A DNA stretch of 64,000 nucleotides from the human T2T-CHM13v2.0 reference genome, Homo sapiens. Where the stretch lies: the NCBI RefSeq assembly GCF_009914755.1, contig NC_060930.1, one strand, 5' to 3'. The first letter of the stretch is position 1. The number at the start of each line of letters is the position of its first letter. A program made the translations under genes and the position numbers. This document shows positions 38,494-53,790 of the stretch, one piece after another. A model generated the notes under the pieces. The model worked only from the letters and a program-made list of their open reading frames with translations. It did not search any database and was not told where the DNA came from.

Positions 38494-41029
38494 AGCAGAA
38501 TTTTTAAAAATCTCCTTTGTTCACTAATATATCCTGAGGGCCTAAAATAGTGTTAACACAAAGTTGTTCTGTAAATATTTGCAGAAGGAATGACAGAAGA
38601 AAGAAAAGGAAGAAAGAGGAGAGAGATACCTGGGTGACCAGGCGTTCCTGTGACAGGCCACCATCTGCCTGGCTCTCCTGCGACTCTGTCTGGTTGCTCG
38701 CCTCCAGTGCTTCAATTCTCTGTCCAAACTTCCTGACTTCTAAAGCTGCAGCTTTCTAAGGCCACTTGTCTCGCCCTTGGAGGATGTGGCTTCCTGCTTT
38801 TAAAAGGCACTTTTTAAGCACCCAGTTACCTACTGAGGGTGAGACAAGCATCGGGTTTGCCCCACTTAACAAGCTATTTTGAATATATGGAATATATTCA
38901 GCCTTAAAAAAAGGAGATTGGAAATTGTGGCACATGCTACAACATGAATGAACCTTAAGGAGGTTATGTGAAATACACCATAGTCAAACTCATTGAAACA
39001 GAAAGTAGAATGATGTTTGCTAGGGGCTTGGAGGAGAAAAAAGTGGAAAGTTGTTGTTTAATGAGTAATAGAGGTTCAGTTTTGTGAGATGAATAGTTCT
39101 AGAGACTGGTTGCACGACAATGCGAAGGTATTTAATATATTACTGAACGGTACAACAAAAAACATATCAAACTTCTCATTGGGTCTGTCGGAGAAAGTCA
39201 CATTAAAAACAGCAAGCTGAAGTCAAGCCAGAAAAGGTCATAGGTTTTCAGAAAGCTTATCACAAGCAAAACTTTGCTATAAAAGTGAAAATCAGATAAT
39301 CTCATCTCAAATATTTCAATTACAAAGGATTAAATTATTGAGCTCCCTGTTTTTTCCTTTCTTGAAATAGGAAATGTTCTAAGAAATAAAACCCTTAAAA
39401 CATAACAATGATCCTGGCTGAGTTGTGGCAATTTCACCAGGATTTCTGTGAAGGACTTGAATTAACTTATTACTTCCCATTGCATGTCAAAGTTCAGGTT
39501 TATGAGGTTAGTCTAGCTACCATTCTAGCAAACTTTAGAGGAGAACAGCAAACAAAATGGCTAGCTATCGATTGTACATAAATTTACAAGATGAAAGGAT
39601 TTTGGTATATTTTGGGTAATTTCCAAAAGCTGTGACATTGAAGTCGACTCCTCACTCACACAAGTTATTTGAGGCTGACAATTGTGTTCTTTGAGTATGC
39701 AGAATTGAAAACAATTAGATCCCTCTGATTTCTGTAAGACACTTTTGAAATTTAAGCATGAGTCATGACTTGCCTTGTAGCTAACCTAATGACCCGACTT
39801 TAATTAATGGACTGCTGCTCTAACAGAAGCACGCTACCATGGTGTATTTTGTCTATTTTTATTGGCCAAATTAGCCTTATTTTGTTAGCTGTCCTCCCTT
39901 TTATCCATCCACCCATCCATTCATTTGCTAGTCTATTTATTTATTTATTCACCAAAAATTTAGCAAAACTTTATAGAACATCTATCTGCTGTATACTTAG
40001 GAGGGACTAAGCTATGAAAACGAATATGAGTAAAACACCCATGAAGACATTCTACCCTCAAGGATGGATGTCACATTGTATTTAGGAACTTGAAAGACTG
40101 GTCTCTAGTTCTATTCTTTTTCTCTCCATTTCCAATCTATTTTGAACAGCCTTCTTTTTCCTTTCATGCCATTGGTCTCAGTTCCCTTACTTTATTTAAC
40201 GTAGGTCATTTTGGTCTTGCATAACTCAATATCTTTTCATTGAAACTATTTTCATTGGTGTTCCACACCAACTTATTTAAGTATACTAGCAATTAACTAA
40301 ACTTCAGTGGTTCTGTACACCTTTTCCTCCTAAAATGTGCCTCATTTTGGAAAAAGATTCTGATTTCCCTTTGGGAGGATTGTCTTTGTTCCACAGAATA
40401 CAGTCTATTTAGTGTCCTAGTAAGTACAGTCTGCAAATCAAGGCACTTAGCTCTTCAGTAGCCAAAGAATGAGCACACGACTGAAGCTAGACTAAGGAGT
40501 TGATCTTTCTGGAATTTAAGTCATGAACAGGGTGAAAACAGAACAAAAATTCACACAGGCGGCAGGTCTAAGGGGATATCTATTGGCATCCAGAGCTATG
40601 CTGATTCCTGCCTTATTCTGCTTTCTCCTTGAATCTGTGAGCTACACTCCATCACACTAATGGTTTTCTTTCCTATTGGATCACATGAGTGGCTGTCTGA
40701 AGTTTTCATCCAGAAAACCCTGATTGATTGATGTTTCCCTATCTGTGAAATCTCCAGATCTCCAGGGATTATTTGCAGAGTTGTGTCTCCAACATTTTCA
40801 TGGAGACCATAAGAAATATCTCATGAGGACTCACCAGTCTGTGCTCTCAACTATAAGTGGTGCCTCTGGGCATGATGGTCCCACCAAAGTGTAGCCACCA
40901 CCTGCTGAAGTTGACCTCCGCTGATCACCCAAACCCTTTGTGTACCAAAGGTGGCTCTGACTTCCTGATCTTCATATTCTGAAGCCAGGCCATGTTCTTT
41001 GCCAACATGACATAAATCTCTTTACCAGT

Positions 41030-41395
41030 TGTATTAGTCTGTTTTCACACTGCTGATAAAGACATACCTGACACTGGGTAATTTATAAAGGAAACAGGTT
41101 TAATGGACTCACAATTCCACATGACTGGGGAGGCCTCACAGTCATGGAGGAAGATGAAGGAAGGGTAAAGGGACGTCTTACGTGGCTGCTGGCAAAGACA
41201 GAATTTGCACAGGGAAACTCCCCTTATGAAACCAACAGATCTTGTGAGACTTATTCGCTATCATGAGACCAGCATGGGAAAGACTCACCCCCATGATTCA
41301 ATTACCTCCTACCAGGTACCTCCCATGACATGTGGGAATTGTGGGAGCTACAATTCAGGATGAGATTTGGGTGGGGACACAGCCAAACTGTATCA
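41030..41395 (-). mobile_element. THE1B-like complete solo LTR
   Basis: TG...CA ends, 366 bp, perfect TSD ccagt. Confidence 0.92.
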
Positions 41396-41839
41396 CCAGT
41401 AGTACTGTTCTGCTACATGGGCTTATGACTTGTGCTCCCTTGATTCCCAGTGTCTTAGAGATACTTAAATAGAATCACACTTTGTATTTTTACTTAAATT
41501 TTTTGTCTAGAGGACTGAGAAAATATTCATGGGAGCTGGACCTTGAAAAAGCAAGAATTAGGCAAAAATTTATTTCCCTGACTGAACCCTGGTTATGGTG
41601 ATTAAAACTGCTCTTTGTGAGCTAAACATGTTTCCTTTGATTCTACTGAGAGGTTTTGAAATGACTGCAGAAGCCAACACCTGCTCACCTAAATAATGCA
41701 TTTGTGTCTCATTGAAGATTTGCCTCAATGTCTAAAATATTTAGCTGTTTAAAAGGTCAGGTGGGAAGCTTGTATGAATAGTATGACTATATTTGGAATT
41801 TTTCCACCTGTGATATTGAGTAATGCTCTTTCCTGCTAT

Positions 41840-43975
41840 TGTATTTTTTTATTTTTAATTTTTTTATTTCAGTAGGTTTTGGGGGTAACAGGTAGTGTTT
41901 GGTTACATGAATAAATTCTTTAGTGGTGATTTCTGAAATTTTGGTGGACCCACCACCCAAGCAGTGTTCACTCTACCCAATGTGTAGTCTTTTATCCCTT
42001 GCTACTCCCACCCTTTCCCCCATGTCCCCAAAGTTCAATGTATCATTCTTATGACTTTGTGTCTCATAGCTTAGCTCCCACATATGAATGAGAATGTATG
42101 ATGTTTGGTTTTCCATTCCCGAGTTACTTCACTTAGAATAATAATCTCCAATTCCATTAAGATTGCTGCAAATGCCATTATTTCATTCCTTTTTATGGCT
42201 GAGTAGTATTCAGTTATATATATGTATATACGTGTGTGTGTGTATATATATACATATAAAACATTTCTTTATCGATTCATTGATTGGATAAAGAAATTTA
42301 CTTTCTTCTATAAATATAAATGTTTATTTATTTATTTATTTATTTATTTTTTTAGACAGAGTTTCACTCTTGTCACCTGGGCTGGAGTGCAATGGCACGA
42401 TCTTGGCTCACTGCAATTTCTGCCATCTGGATTCAAGCGATTCTCCCCCCTTAGCCTCCCAAAGTAGCTGGAATTACAGGTGGCTGCCACCATGCCCAGG
42501 TAATCGTTTTGTATTTTTAGTTGAAATGGGTTTTCTCCATGTTGGCCAAGCTGGTCTTGAACTCCTGACCTCAGGTGATCCACCTGCCTCGGCCTCCCAA
42601 AATGCTGGAATTACATGTTTAAGCCACTGCGCCTGGCCTATAAATGTTTATTTATGGCAGAAGATGATTGACTTTATTCCATAAATATAAATTCCTTAAT
42701 ATAAATGTTATATATGTATAACATTTTCTTTATCCACTCACTGATTGATGAACATTTGGGCTGATACCCATATTTTTGCAATTGCAAATTGTGCTGCCAT
42801 AAACATGTGTATGCAAATATCATTTTCATATAATGACTTTTTTCCTCTGGGTAGATAGCCAGTATTGGGATTCCTGGATCAAATGGTAGATCTACTTTTA
42901 GTTCTTTAAGGAATCGTCACACTGTTTTCCACAGTGGTACTATGTTTACATTCCCACCAGCAGTGTAAAAGTATTCCTTTTTCACTGCATCCATGCCAAT
43001 ATCTATTATTTTTTGTTCTTTTGATTATGGCCATTCTTGCAGGAGTGAGGTAGTATCGCATTGTGGTTTTGATTTGTATTTCCCTGATAATTAGTGATGT
43101 TGAGCATTTTTCTACACGCTTAGTCTAGTCACATCCTTAGCTCACTTTTTGATGGGACTGTTTGTTTTTTTCTTGCTGATTTGTTTGAGTCCTTTGTAGA
43201 TTCTGGATATCAGTCCTTTGTCGAATGTACAGATTGTGAAGATTTTTTCTCACTCTGCGGGTTGTCTGTTAACTCTGCGATTATTATTATTATTATTATT
43301 ATATGCTGTGCAAAAGCTTTTTATTTTAATTAAGTCTCATCTATTTATCTGTGTTTTTATTGCATTTGCTTTTGGGTTCTTGATCATAAAGTCTTTGCCT
43401 AAGCCAATGTCTAGAAGGGTTTTTCCAATGTTATCTGTTAGAATCTTTATGGTTTCAGGTTTTACATTTAAGTCTTTGATCCATCTTGAGTTGATTTTTT
43501 AATAAAGTGAGAGGTGAGGATCTAGTTTCATTCTTCTACATGTGGCTTGCCAATTATCTCAGCACCATTTGTTGAATAGGGTGTCCTTTCTCCACTTGAT
43601 GCTTTTATTTGCTATGTCAACAGTCAGTTGGCTGTAAGTATTTGGGTTTATTTCCAGGTTCTTTATTCTGTTCCATTGGTCTATGTGCCTATTTTTATAC
43701 CACTACCATGCTGTTTTGGTGACAATGACCTTATAGTATAGTTTGAAGTCAGGTAATGTGATGCCTCCAGATTTGTTCTTTTTGTTTAGTCTTGCTTTGG
43801 GTATCCAGGCTCTTTTTTAGTTCCATATGAATTTTAGAATTTTTTTTTCTAGTTCTGTGAAGAATGATGGCGGTATTTTGATGGGAATTGCATTGAATTT
43901 GTAGATTGCTTTTGGCAGTATGGTTATTTTCACAATATTGATTTTGCCATCCATGAGCATGGGATGTCCTTCTAT
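41840..43975 (-). mobile_element. L1PB-like 3' ~2 kb, containing an antisense Alu (42325-42638)
   Basis: Antisense L1 3'UTR and ORF2 sequence. Confidence 0.88.
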
Positions 43976-44717
43976 TGTACAGGTGTGGCAATTTCTGAGT
44001 CCTCTGGAACGTCAGCACTCTCTACTCAAATGGCCTCACGTATCTGTATTATCATCCACTTCTACTTACTTTCTTTAAAAATATAGTTATCACTTCTGAT
44101 TACTTTGGTATCCTTTATTCACCACAAGAAAAAAAATCAAATCTATGGCTGCTGTATTAAGCGTACACATGATACAATGTCTTTAGATTTTTTTAAATGT
44201 AACATCTCATATTTTTTCTGTCTCACAGTTTGCCTAATGGAGAGTATTTGATAGTTTACTGTGTCATCTTTTCAAATGTTTTGCCTGCGCATGTAATGTT
44301 TGATCCTTATTAATATAGAATTCTCATTATTCATAGATATTTTCCCATTGATTTTATTAACTTCTTTTAGTTTTACTCAATTTCTGCTGTTCTCTAATCA
44401 GTATTTATTATAAGCTTAGAAGAAGTATTGTATTACAGACACTTTGTCTATTCCACTAATCACTGAGTGTTTATGTCTCAACCAAAAGTTCAACGTTGTG
44501 ACTTAAACAGTAGAAAAACCAAATGTGTTACCCAATTCTTATCTTTCGATGCCAAGAAATACAGCTGAACAGATAAAATGATAATCTATAAAATTATTGA
44601 TATGCATAACAAAATGCAGCAGATTAAACACTGTGGGCATGGGCTGTTAGTGTAGAGGAGCTATGAGCTGGGGAAACAATGAAGATTAAAGTAGCTCAAA
44701 GTTGGCATTGGGGAATC

Positions 44718-46150
44718 TGTAGAGATGCTATTGGGGCCCACCCAGATCACCTTCACCAGTCCAGCTATATAGCCCCCAGGTGCTGTGAGTGTCTCTGCTT
44801 CCCTCACAGTGGCATGCTTTACCTGAGAATCGCCCTCAGCTCAATAGGTGCTGCTTTTTTTTTTTTTTTTTTTTTCTCCTTGAGATAGAGTCTCACTCTG
44901 TCTCACAGGCTGGAGTGCAGTGGTGTGATCTCAGCTCACTGCAACCTCTGCCTCCTGGGTTCTAGCAATTCTCCTGCCTCAGCCTCCCGAGGTAGCTGGG
45001 ATTACAAGCATAAACCACCATACCTGACTAATTTTTGTATTTTTAGTAGAGATGGGGTTTTGCCATGTTGGCCAGGCTGTTCTCGAACTCCTGACCTCAG
45101 GTGTTTTTTTATTTGAACTGCCTCAGCCTCCCGAAGTGTTGAGATTACAGGAGTGAGCCACAGCACTCTTCTAACGGGACCTTACTTCTTACTTCGAGAG
45201 GACAGAGGTTAATAACTGACTGATCCAGGAGGAGAAAAGGCCAGCTCCTTTGTCTCAAAACGGAACAATTTCTAGGGTATATACTTTCCGCTTCTGAGCC
45301 CCTCAGGGCTCAGATAAACTAAGACACATTTCCAGCCAAGGCCACTTTCTTGCTTGCCTTCCTTCCTGTCCTGCATCCTTTCCTGTCCTGCATCCTTTCC
45401 TGTCCTGCATCCTTTCCTGTCCTGCATGCCCTTTCTTCTGCAAATCCTCCTCAAAATGGCAGGCCCAGGCAGACTAATCTACAATTTACAGCAAAGTGTG
45501 AGTGTCCAAGGGCCTCCTTAGCTGCACTGACAGATATTCATCTCCTGCAGCCAAGGGGCAAACAGAGCTGAAGATCAGGCACAAACTTCATTAGAAAAAT
45601 GGCAGTTTTCTAAGAATTAATTCTGAACCTAGACAATTCCTCCAAGTCAAAGTCAAGGCCCTGATAGGGAAGAAGGGCTATTTGATAGGATGATTTTACT
45701 CTGGAGAACCTGGTCCCCCTTGACTTCCCTGAATCCTCCTGACTTTCAGAAGTGGCTCCAACTCCCTTGATGTAAGGGAGATGACCCCTTTCTTGAATGC
45801 TATGCAGAGACCTCAAATGAGGCATTTCACAAGGCAATCAATGATTGTCCTCTTCAGGATCTGCCTTACTTCTCCTCATGGCCACCATAACTAACAGTAA
45901 GGTTAAATATCAGCATGACCAACCCTATTGGGAAGTGCTGGGCCTGTGAGAGCTGCTATCAAGGTATATTACCATATATTTATTGTCTCATTAATTTTTC
46001 TGTGAGGAATATGCAAAAGGTACTTGTGATTGAAAAAAGTCTAGGTGAACTTCACGGAGATGGGGCATTTCCCAGTATGATTTCCTCAGAATAATGGTCC
46101 AGTGAAATAGCCCATCAAAGAAGGCTCAGAAAAATTTGTAGGGAATAAAC
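44718..46150 (+). mobile_element. Old ERVL remnant: LTR16-like LTR (split by an antisense Alu at 44856-45165) plus degraded gag-like internal sequence
   Basis: 45646-45675 translates VKVKALIGKK, resembling the ERVL gag KVRALIGKEW motif. Confidence 0.55.
45363..45430. repeat. 17-bp tandem repeat x4 (TTCCTGTCCTGCATCCT)
   Basis: Three perfect copies and one near-perfect copy. Confidence 0.95.
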
Positions 46151-49100
46151 CTTGGTTTATCCCAGTGTTTCTTAAACCTAGTTTAATTATGAAAAAACTC
46201 TTACTTTTCACCTTTTTTTGTTTTCAACCTGTTAGTGTTCTGAATAACCAATATTTAAAGGATTCCACATCAGGAAATTCTGATAAAGAAAAAAACACAA
46301 GTCTTTTAAGTAATGAGAATAAAATTTTAGGGCAATTTCTGCCTTTCACTATCATACAATATGGGTTTCACTTTTCTGGCTCCAAATTTCTTTCTGTATT
46401 TTTATCTATTTATCTTTGTCTGTTTATCTATCATAATCTATCTTGATATCTATCTAACTTTTTATTTTGAAATAATGTTAGATTTACAGAAGAGTTGGAA
46501 GGATAGGAGAGTGTTGCTGTATAGCCTACATTCAACTTCTACCAGTGTTCATATTGCACATAACTGTGGTACATTTATCAAAACTAAGAAGCTAGCATTG
46601 ATGTAATACTATTAATTATAGACTTTATTAAGATTTCATCTGTTTTCCCACTATTGACCTTTTTCTATTCCAGGATCCAATCCAGAATAACACATTCATT
46701 TAGGAATTCCTTTTATTTTTGTGAGGGAGTTCAACATGACTTACTCTAAGTATTATTCCAATATCCCCAACTGCAAATAACTGAAACTTAAATTTGAGAT
46801 TCCAGGAGTCTCAATAAATGGGAATGAGCAGGCTGCAGTAGGGATAAACAATGAAGTATTCAGTAACTTCCCTACCAGATGCTCGCTGGCCTCACTGGAG
46901 ACACAGTTCCCAAGTCCATTATCTGTGCCCTCAGATGAAATCCTCAAGAGACAGGCAATGTGATTGGCTCTTAGTCAACCACATGAGTAACTGCCTTCCC
47001 TATAAGTCCTGACCCAATTAGCTGAGGCCAAAGTGGAGGGGGTGATTCCTTATATAGAGAAACTGTCTTCCATGACTGTGAATGAAGCAAATTAATCCAT
47101 GAGGGAAGTGATATATGGCAGAGAAATTAATGTCTCTGCCATAGATTGAATACAAGTTCCATTCTGTTGTAATGTTCTGTTGATTCTACTGTTTTTCCAC
47201 ACTCCTAAAAAATTTCCCGTGAGAAGTTAACTAATTTGCACAATAATACTTTTCTATTTTATAGTCTCTGAGTCGACCATGTGAAATCACTGGATATCCG
47301 AGTGGTGAACTGAACTCCTCTTGATAAAAACAAAACAAAACTATACATCATAACTGTCCTAATTATATAATCTAGCTACATTTTTATTAGTACCAGAAAA
47401 ATAGAAGCTATTGTCTAGCTCTTTCTGTGTTCCAAATTATTTTTCTTTCATAATTCTGGAACAATCCACTAAGATTCCCTAGCAATCCAAACAGAGAAAC
47501 ACAAGTGGGTACTTCTTAAATACTTGTCAGTGATGATAAAACTGCCACATTAAAATACCATTTGTTGTGTATTAGGTAAGAAAATTTCTTGTAGATTTGT
47601 CAGTATGAATGCTCTAGTTTGAACTGTCATGCAGCAATGTGTTGAAGTCAGGCTTAAAGAATAGTCACATACTGGAGAAATAATTTGAGTATAAGGAATT
47701 GTTTCTGTCCATGAGGCACAGTCACAGTTAAAAACAGGATTAGTATATATTGGCCATCTACATTGCATAAGGAATAAATTCTGTGTTTATACCATTTGTG
47801 AAGGACTTTTAATGAGACATTTAACTTTTCAGCCACATAATTAACATTCCCTACATATTGTTAAATTCAGATGAAAAGGAGAGCAGCCATGCATCTCATA
47901 AGGTAATGTTTGAAACTGGCTGCTACTAACAATCCATTCACTCATAAACTAAAAGATGTAGGAAAATTGTATCCTCAGTGTCTTATTTTGGAAAACTCTA
48001 ATGTGATCTAAAGAGTTTATCTTTACATAAGTGTGGAGGGAAGAAAAAAGGAAAGGAGGGTTTGTTGCTGAAACTTTTATAACCTTAATATTGGGCACGA
48101 GAATTATTTTGAGGGATGTAACACTCTTTGTAGAGATAAATGTCTTGAATAGCTTTGGTAAAAGGTGAGAACTCCAAGGCATAGGTAATATTAGGAGTTA
48201 AGGCAACCTTAGAATTGGCCAAACTTGTAGGAAATGGCCAAACTGTTTTGTAAAAGAATGATTTGGGGTTTTGTTTCATTTTGTTTTTGTTTTTTTGGGT
48301 TTTGTTTTCTTTTTTGATATTTAGAGAAAAGAAGAGGGGGGGAAAGAGCAATACAAAAGAGAGAAAGAAGGTATGAACCTGGGTACCACTCAGAGAGCAA
48401 CAGGCAGAAAGCAAATCTGAAAGCTGGGACAATTAAAGAACTTTTAAGAACTGGAGTGACTAACGTTGAAGTTGAAGCTGTGTTGTAATGTTGACCACTC
48501 CTCTATCCTCCTCTACCAAATTATGATCACATCTATAATATTTCTAAAGGCCCCGGGAATAGTTTGGAGGGAGGAGCCATAGATAGCATCATTATATAAG
48601 TTTCACGTGTGACTCTATGTGTTGCCCAAATACAGGGAGAGCTTCTGGGATGGTTAGGTGATTCATAACTTGAATGAATTTGACCAGTGCAGAAGTCTGA
48701 AGCCAAAGATGCATGTGCATTTTACTTGTTATCGACTAGCACCCTAGTGAGATTTAAAGAAATTTAGGGGATCTTTGGAATATTAAAGAAATACATTTCC
48801 TGGGGGAAAATTCAAGGCATCTTTACATATACTCTAAAAATCAGGGAGTCATCAACTGATACCTCATTCAGTGAATACTCAGGATGGATAAATGCGAGAA
48901 AATAGTGCCTACCTGAAAAAAGAACAATAAATGCAAATGATTTAGTCATTGTGCTGGACATGACTAGTTCATTCTCAGTCACTTAACTATAGTAAGCACA
49001 TAATAAAGAAAGGTGATATTATTATTCTACCATTGTATCCTTTCTAATAGATTCCACAGCGTTTATATCTCCCACACTATTCTCAACACTAACATTCTTC

Positions 49101-51723
49101 TGCTGTAAAATGAAGAGCATTTTCTTTCCAATGATACTGACTTCTCAAAGGAGACATTAAATTTTAAATAAATGAAAAGCAGTGAAAATATAATTACATA
49201 TTCTCCTTTGATTCTTAAAAATTTATTGCTTATGAAATATCTTTCCACTCGTTGCTTGAGCTCCTGCATTTGACTATAATGTATATTCCATGTTTTACTG
49301 TCTTCTTATTTGGAAAAACTTCTTGCTTATTGTGTAATGAATTACTTTCTCATCTGCATGCAATATTGTTTCTTAAGAGAAGACAGGAATTAATACTCAT
49401 GAATACCTGATAAACATTAGGCATTGTATTGGGTTCTACAAATGGATTATTTTCATTTGAATAAAATTCTCCTGTGAACGTAGCACCGATGTATAAACTG
49501 TATAAACTGATTTCATGGGTACATTTGTGGTAGCATATCTTATTTGAAGATGTTTTTTAAAGCTAGCAAATAGGTCAAAATAGAATTTTAAATTACTCTA
49601 AAAAAGTCCTTAACTACTTTTTACTTACATTATATGTTGTTACTTACATTTATATATTTACATATATTATATATTTAAACCTATATTTAAATATGGACTT
49701 ATCAATGTATAATATATACCATAACATATAGTGCATATGTTAATATATTCTATAATATTTTAATCACTAAAAAGAGAGAAGTATAATTGAATTTGTGTAA
49801 GTTACTCATTAACATTGCAAATGTTGAGATATTTTATTTTTAAACACTGAAGATTAATTTTTCTTGTAAAAGTATCCTAGAATAAACAAATCAGAAAGGA
49901 AGATACAAGTAGCGAGTCTCATAATCAATTACAAAAATGCAGAAAAAGTGCCTCAGGTTAAGTGTAAGAAACTTGAAAGACAATTACATTTGAAAGTTTG
50001 AAATGAATAATGAAAAATTATTCCATATCTTCTTACTTCAAATTTTATCTTCTCAAAAGTCAGCTTTTCTGACCTACAATAATGAGATTTCTGTCATTTA
50101 AGGCTCATTCCAAAAATCCTGCTTCTAATGTGTTAGGTTAACCATTTTAAATTCTCCATTGCTGTCCCAAATGTCAGTGAACTAATTTGGCAGTGAGTGA
50201 CTTTTTTCACAGATGAATGCCATTTCCTGACTCCAGCTTAGTTAGAAATGCAGGGCCATTGCATGATTCTTTGTTGGCTCTTCCTCTCATGTTTATAGTG
50301 AAAAATAAGTGTAGGAAAATTAATAACCTCAAAATAGAGGAATTTCTGTTGTCTTAGGAAACAAGATTTTGACTCATATCATCTCTTGGTCTTTGACCTT
50401 AAAAATGCAAAAAGTTCTTGCCCTATTATAACTATTCTCTATTAATAAAATTTGGCACATGCCATTTTCTGCTGGGAGAAATATTTTTCAGGATTTGTAT
50501 TAGGTTTAAAGATCTATTGTAAAGCTAGGTGGTGAGAGTAGTAAGCCATCCCTTCATATCCAGAGTTGCTAACAGGTTCACTGAACACCACGATGCCAAA
50601 TCACACTTTCAAAATACTTGCATGTGAGTGGCAGACTCAGAACATAGGATGGTAGCTGGAAGTGGATGTGGAGTTTAAGGATTGTTTTTGAGCCTTTGTC
50701 TTAGTTTTCCATTTTTTTAAAAAAAGATGGCTGTTGAACAGGAGAGGAAAAAGCAAGTACTTGGTGCAGACTTTCAGCCTGTTCCATCAGCAGTTAGCCT
50801 TGAAAGCAACAAATGTTTCAGATTTCCATTCTGAATTAGACAACACGCTACTTCTTTAGAACTTTCTGAGAATACCCACTGCATTTTGATAGCACGGTGG
50901 TCTTGTTATTCCTTGTTATAACTTTCAGTTTTTATTGTGAGAAAGAGGCTGCCCTGTGGAGAGCCCTGAATTCTTAATCCATTGGCCATCCCCTGGCCCA
51001 GAGAATCTCACCTCTGAGATTTTCTCAGTTTCGAACCTGGGTCCTGTTTGAGGTTAGTGTCTGTTTGATAAAAAGGGAATCCACATGTGATTTCTAAACC
51101 CAAGCTTTAGCCTGCTCTTACAAAGCCTTGTTTCAAGTGGCGAGAATTTTTTTAAAAAGTTATTTTCCCAAATTAAGAATGTGTTTCCTTGTCTGAGAAG
51201 CGAGATGCATGAGTCAAAGAAGCTAACTTTTTAGATGCCAAATGGGTCTGTATTCAAAAGAATTCCCAAGATAAAAGGCATGATTTCATTTCAGGATTAA
51301 ATGATTCAGAAATGATGACAAATCTTGTGTGTTATTCCTTCAATTTTCTGGAAGAGTCAAAAAGAATAAGCACCTCGATTTATCATTCACTGTGGGCTTA
51401 TAGGGTCTTAGGAGCTTTCCTTCCTATGTGGCATTCTTCAAGCCTGACACAAAACTAACCTGTTGTCCTACCTATGCCACCACCTAAGACCAGAGGCTTC
51501 AATCTGTGTATCTAAGTGTCAAAAGCTGGAACAGGACACAAGCAAACTATAGTGTGTGTCACTTGTTTGCTGGTGGACTTGGCAAATGACATTAAGAAAT
51601 GTGATTAAAAAAAAACTAAAAATAATACATGGTATTTTTTTCCCTCTTTCTCAAGAATCCAAGGATAGGAAATGTGAAATAAATTAGGAAAAATGTGACT
51701 GTTTTCTCGGGAAAAAATGTGAC

Positions 51724-52060
51724 TATATTAGTCCATTTTCACACTGCTATAAAGAACTACCTAAGACTGAGTAATTTATAAAGAAAAGAGGTTTAATTGA
51801 CTCACAGTTCCACATTGCTGGGGAGGCCTCAGGAAACTTCCAATTGTGATGGAAGGTGAAGGGGAAGCAAGGCACATCTTACATGGTGGCAGGAGGGAGA
51901 GAGAGTGTGAGGGTCAAAGTGCCAGACATTTATCAAACAACCAGCAAGGGAGAAGTCCAACCTCACAACTCAATCACCTCCCACCAGTCCACTACCACAA
52001 CATGTAGGGATTACAGTTCACAATAAGATTTGGGTGGGGACACACAGCCAAATCGTACCA
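51724..52060 (-). mobile_element. MSTA/THE1D-like solo LTR
   Basis: MaLR LTR ends; TSD gtgac. Confidence 0.85.
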
Positions 52061-53442
52061 GTGACAATCTTTATGAAGAAGTTTACCTTTATCTCCTTGG
52101 CCAGGAACATGGTCCCCACTGCACAGGAAAGGCATACCTTATCTGTCCTGCCCCCTGCTCCCTGGGGGAAGAGAAATAGATTCTCTAGCCTCAGCCAAAA
52201 GGTGCATTTTCCCCAGAAGGTGCTGCCCATGAAGTTTAAATTTAATGAAAGAGATGTGGCAAGTTCACACCACATACCCTGTGCCAAAAGATGCCATTGT
52301 CATTTGCACATGAAAGATGCTCTTCTTGAATTGCTGTTTGTTGAATCCACATCTGTATAATTCTCAGAGAAAACCTATTTGTTGACCCTCCCTCCTTCTA
52401 CTATATTTGTAGACTTTGTTCCTTCCCATTTGGAGAATTTATGCCAGTCAAGGAGCAAATTGTCATCCAATGATCTTAGAAAATTAACAACATATTGGGT
52501 ATTATATTCTATATCAAAGCATATGCATTCCCATGCAAAATATGTCTCTTTTCACTTAAAGGCCCTAAATCATGTCAGACCTGGGCTTCAAGAAAAGTTC
52601 AATATTCTGTATTTCACCTTTCTCTTTGATTTCTCTGACATTATTTCTGCGATGAGATTCTCTTTCTAGGGGCTGCAATGTTTACCCTCTTAGTTGTGTG
52701 AGCCCTCAAACCTCATATTTTTTTCTGAAAACTTGTAGCTAATTAAATCTGTTTATAGTTTAATAACGTGTTCTATTTGGACACTGTGGTTTTACACATG
52801 TTAAATTCCTAATCCATGTAGACTTCTTTTTTTGGCATGTTCTCTGAGGTAGATAATAGCATCTTGAACTTCTATAATTCCACTGACTTGCTCACTTCTA
52901 ATTTGAGTGCTGGCATAATCCTTAGCATACAAGAGATTCTCAATATAAAGCAGTTAACCCATTGATGTGTGATTTGGGAAACAATTTAAAATGCGATGAT
53001 GCAAATAAAGAAATAAAGGGATGGATAATTGGGGGCAGGTCAGGCTTATGAATTGGTGTAGAGCTCCATTCCCCAAATATCCCCTTAATTAGAGTGTTTT
53101 CATTAGAGTCATTTTGGAAATTGTTACAATGCTCACTGTAATGATGTTACAATTCTGTGTCATGAATGCTCCATGTAAAAGCAAAAATGCCTTCATTTAA
53201 TTATTTAGTAAAAATGTCAAAGAGGGATGTGATCACTGAAAACTGGAAGTATTAAGTAAAATAATAAAATCATTCAAGGAACACAAACTCTTGCTTAAGT
53301 AAGCTTACCTACCTTCCTTTCTCCCTTCCTGGCAAAATTTCTGTGAATAGTCATCTTTACCTTCTCTCCTCTTAAGTGCATTTATCCTTCAGCTCGGTTA
53401 AATACTCATCTTGCCCTTTTGTACCATCTAAAACATTCTTTG

Positions 53443-53790
53443 GTTACCAGAGGCTGGGAAGGGAAATGGGAGTGAGGTTGGAGGGAGATGAGGATGGTTA
53501 ATCAATACAAAAAATAATTAGAAAGAATGAATAAGACCTACTTTTTGATAGACCAGCAGGGTGACTACAGTCAATAACAATTTAATTGTGCATTTAAAAA
53601 TGACTAAAAAAGTATAATTGGATTGTTTCTAACACAAAAGATAAGTGCTTGAGGGAATGGATACCCTATTCTTCATGATGTGATTATTATACATTGCATG
53701 CCTGTATTGAAACATCTCATGTACCCCATAAATATATACACCTACTATGTACCCAAAAAAAAGAAAGCAAAAACTAAAAAAAAAAAAAAT
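53443..53790 (+). mobile_element. L1MA-like 3' end
   Basis: ggttaccagaggctgggaaggg...cacctactatgtaccc plus A-tail. Confidence 0.85.

Noticed and set aside
45363-45430. CRISPR-like array
   Set aside because: Contiguous tandem units without spacers, in human DNA.
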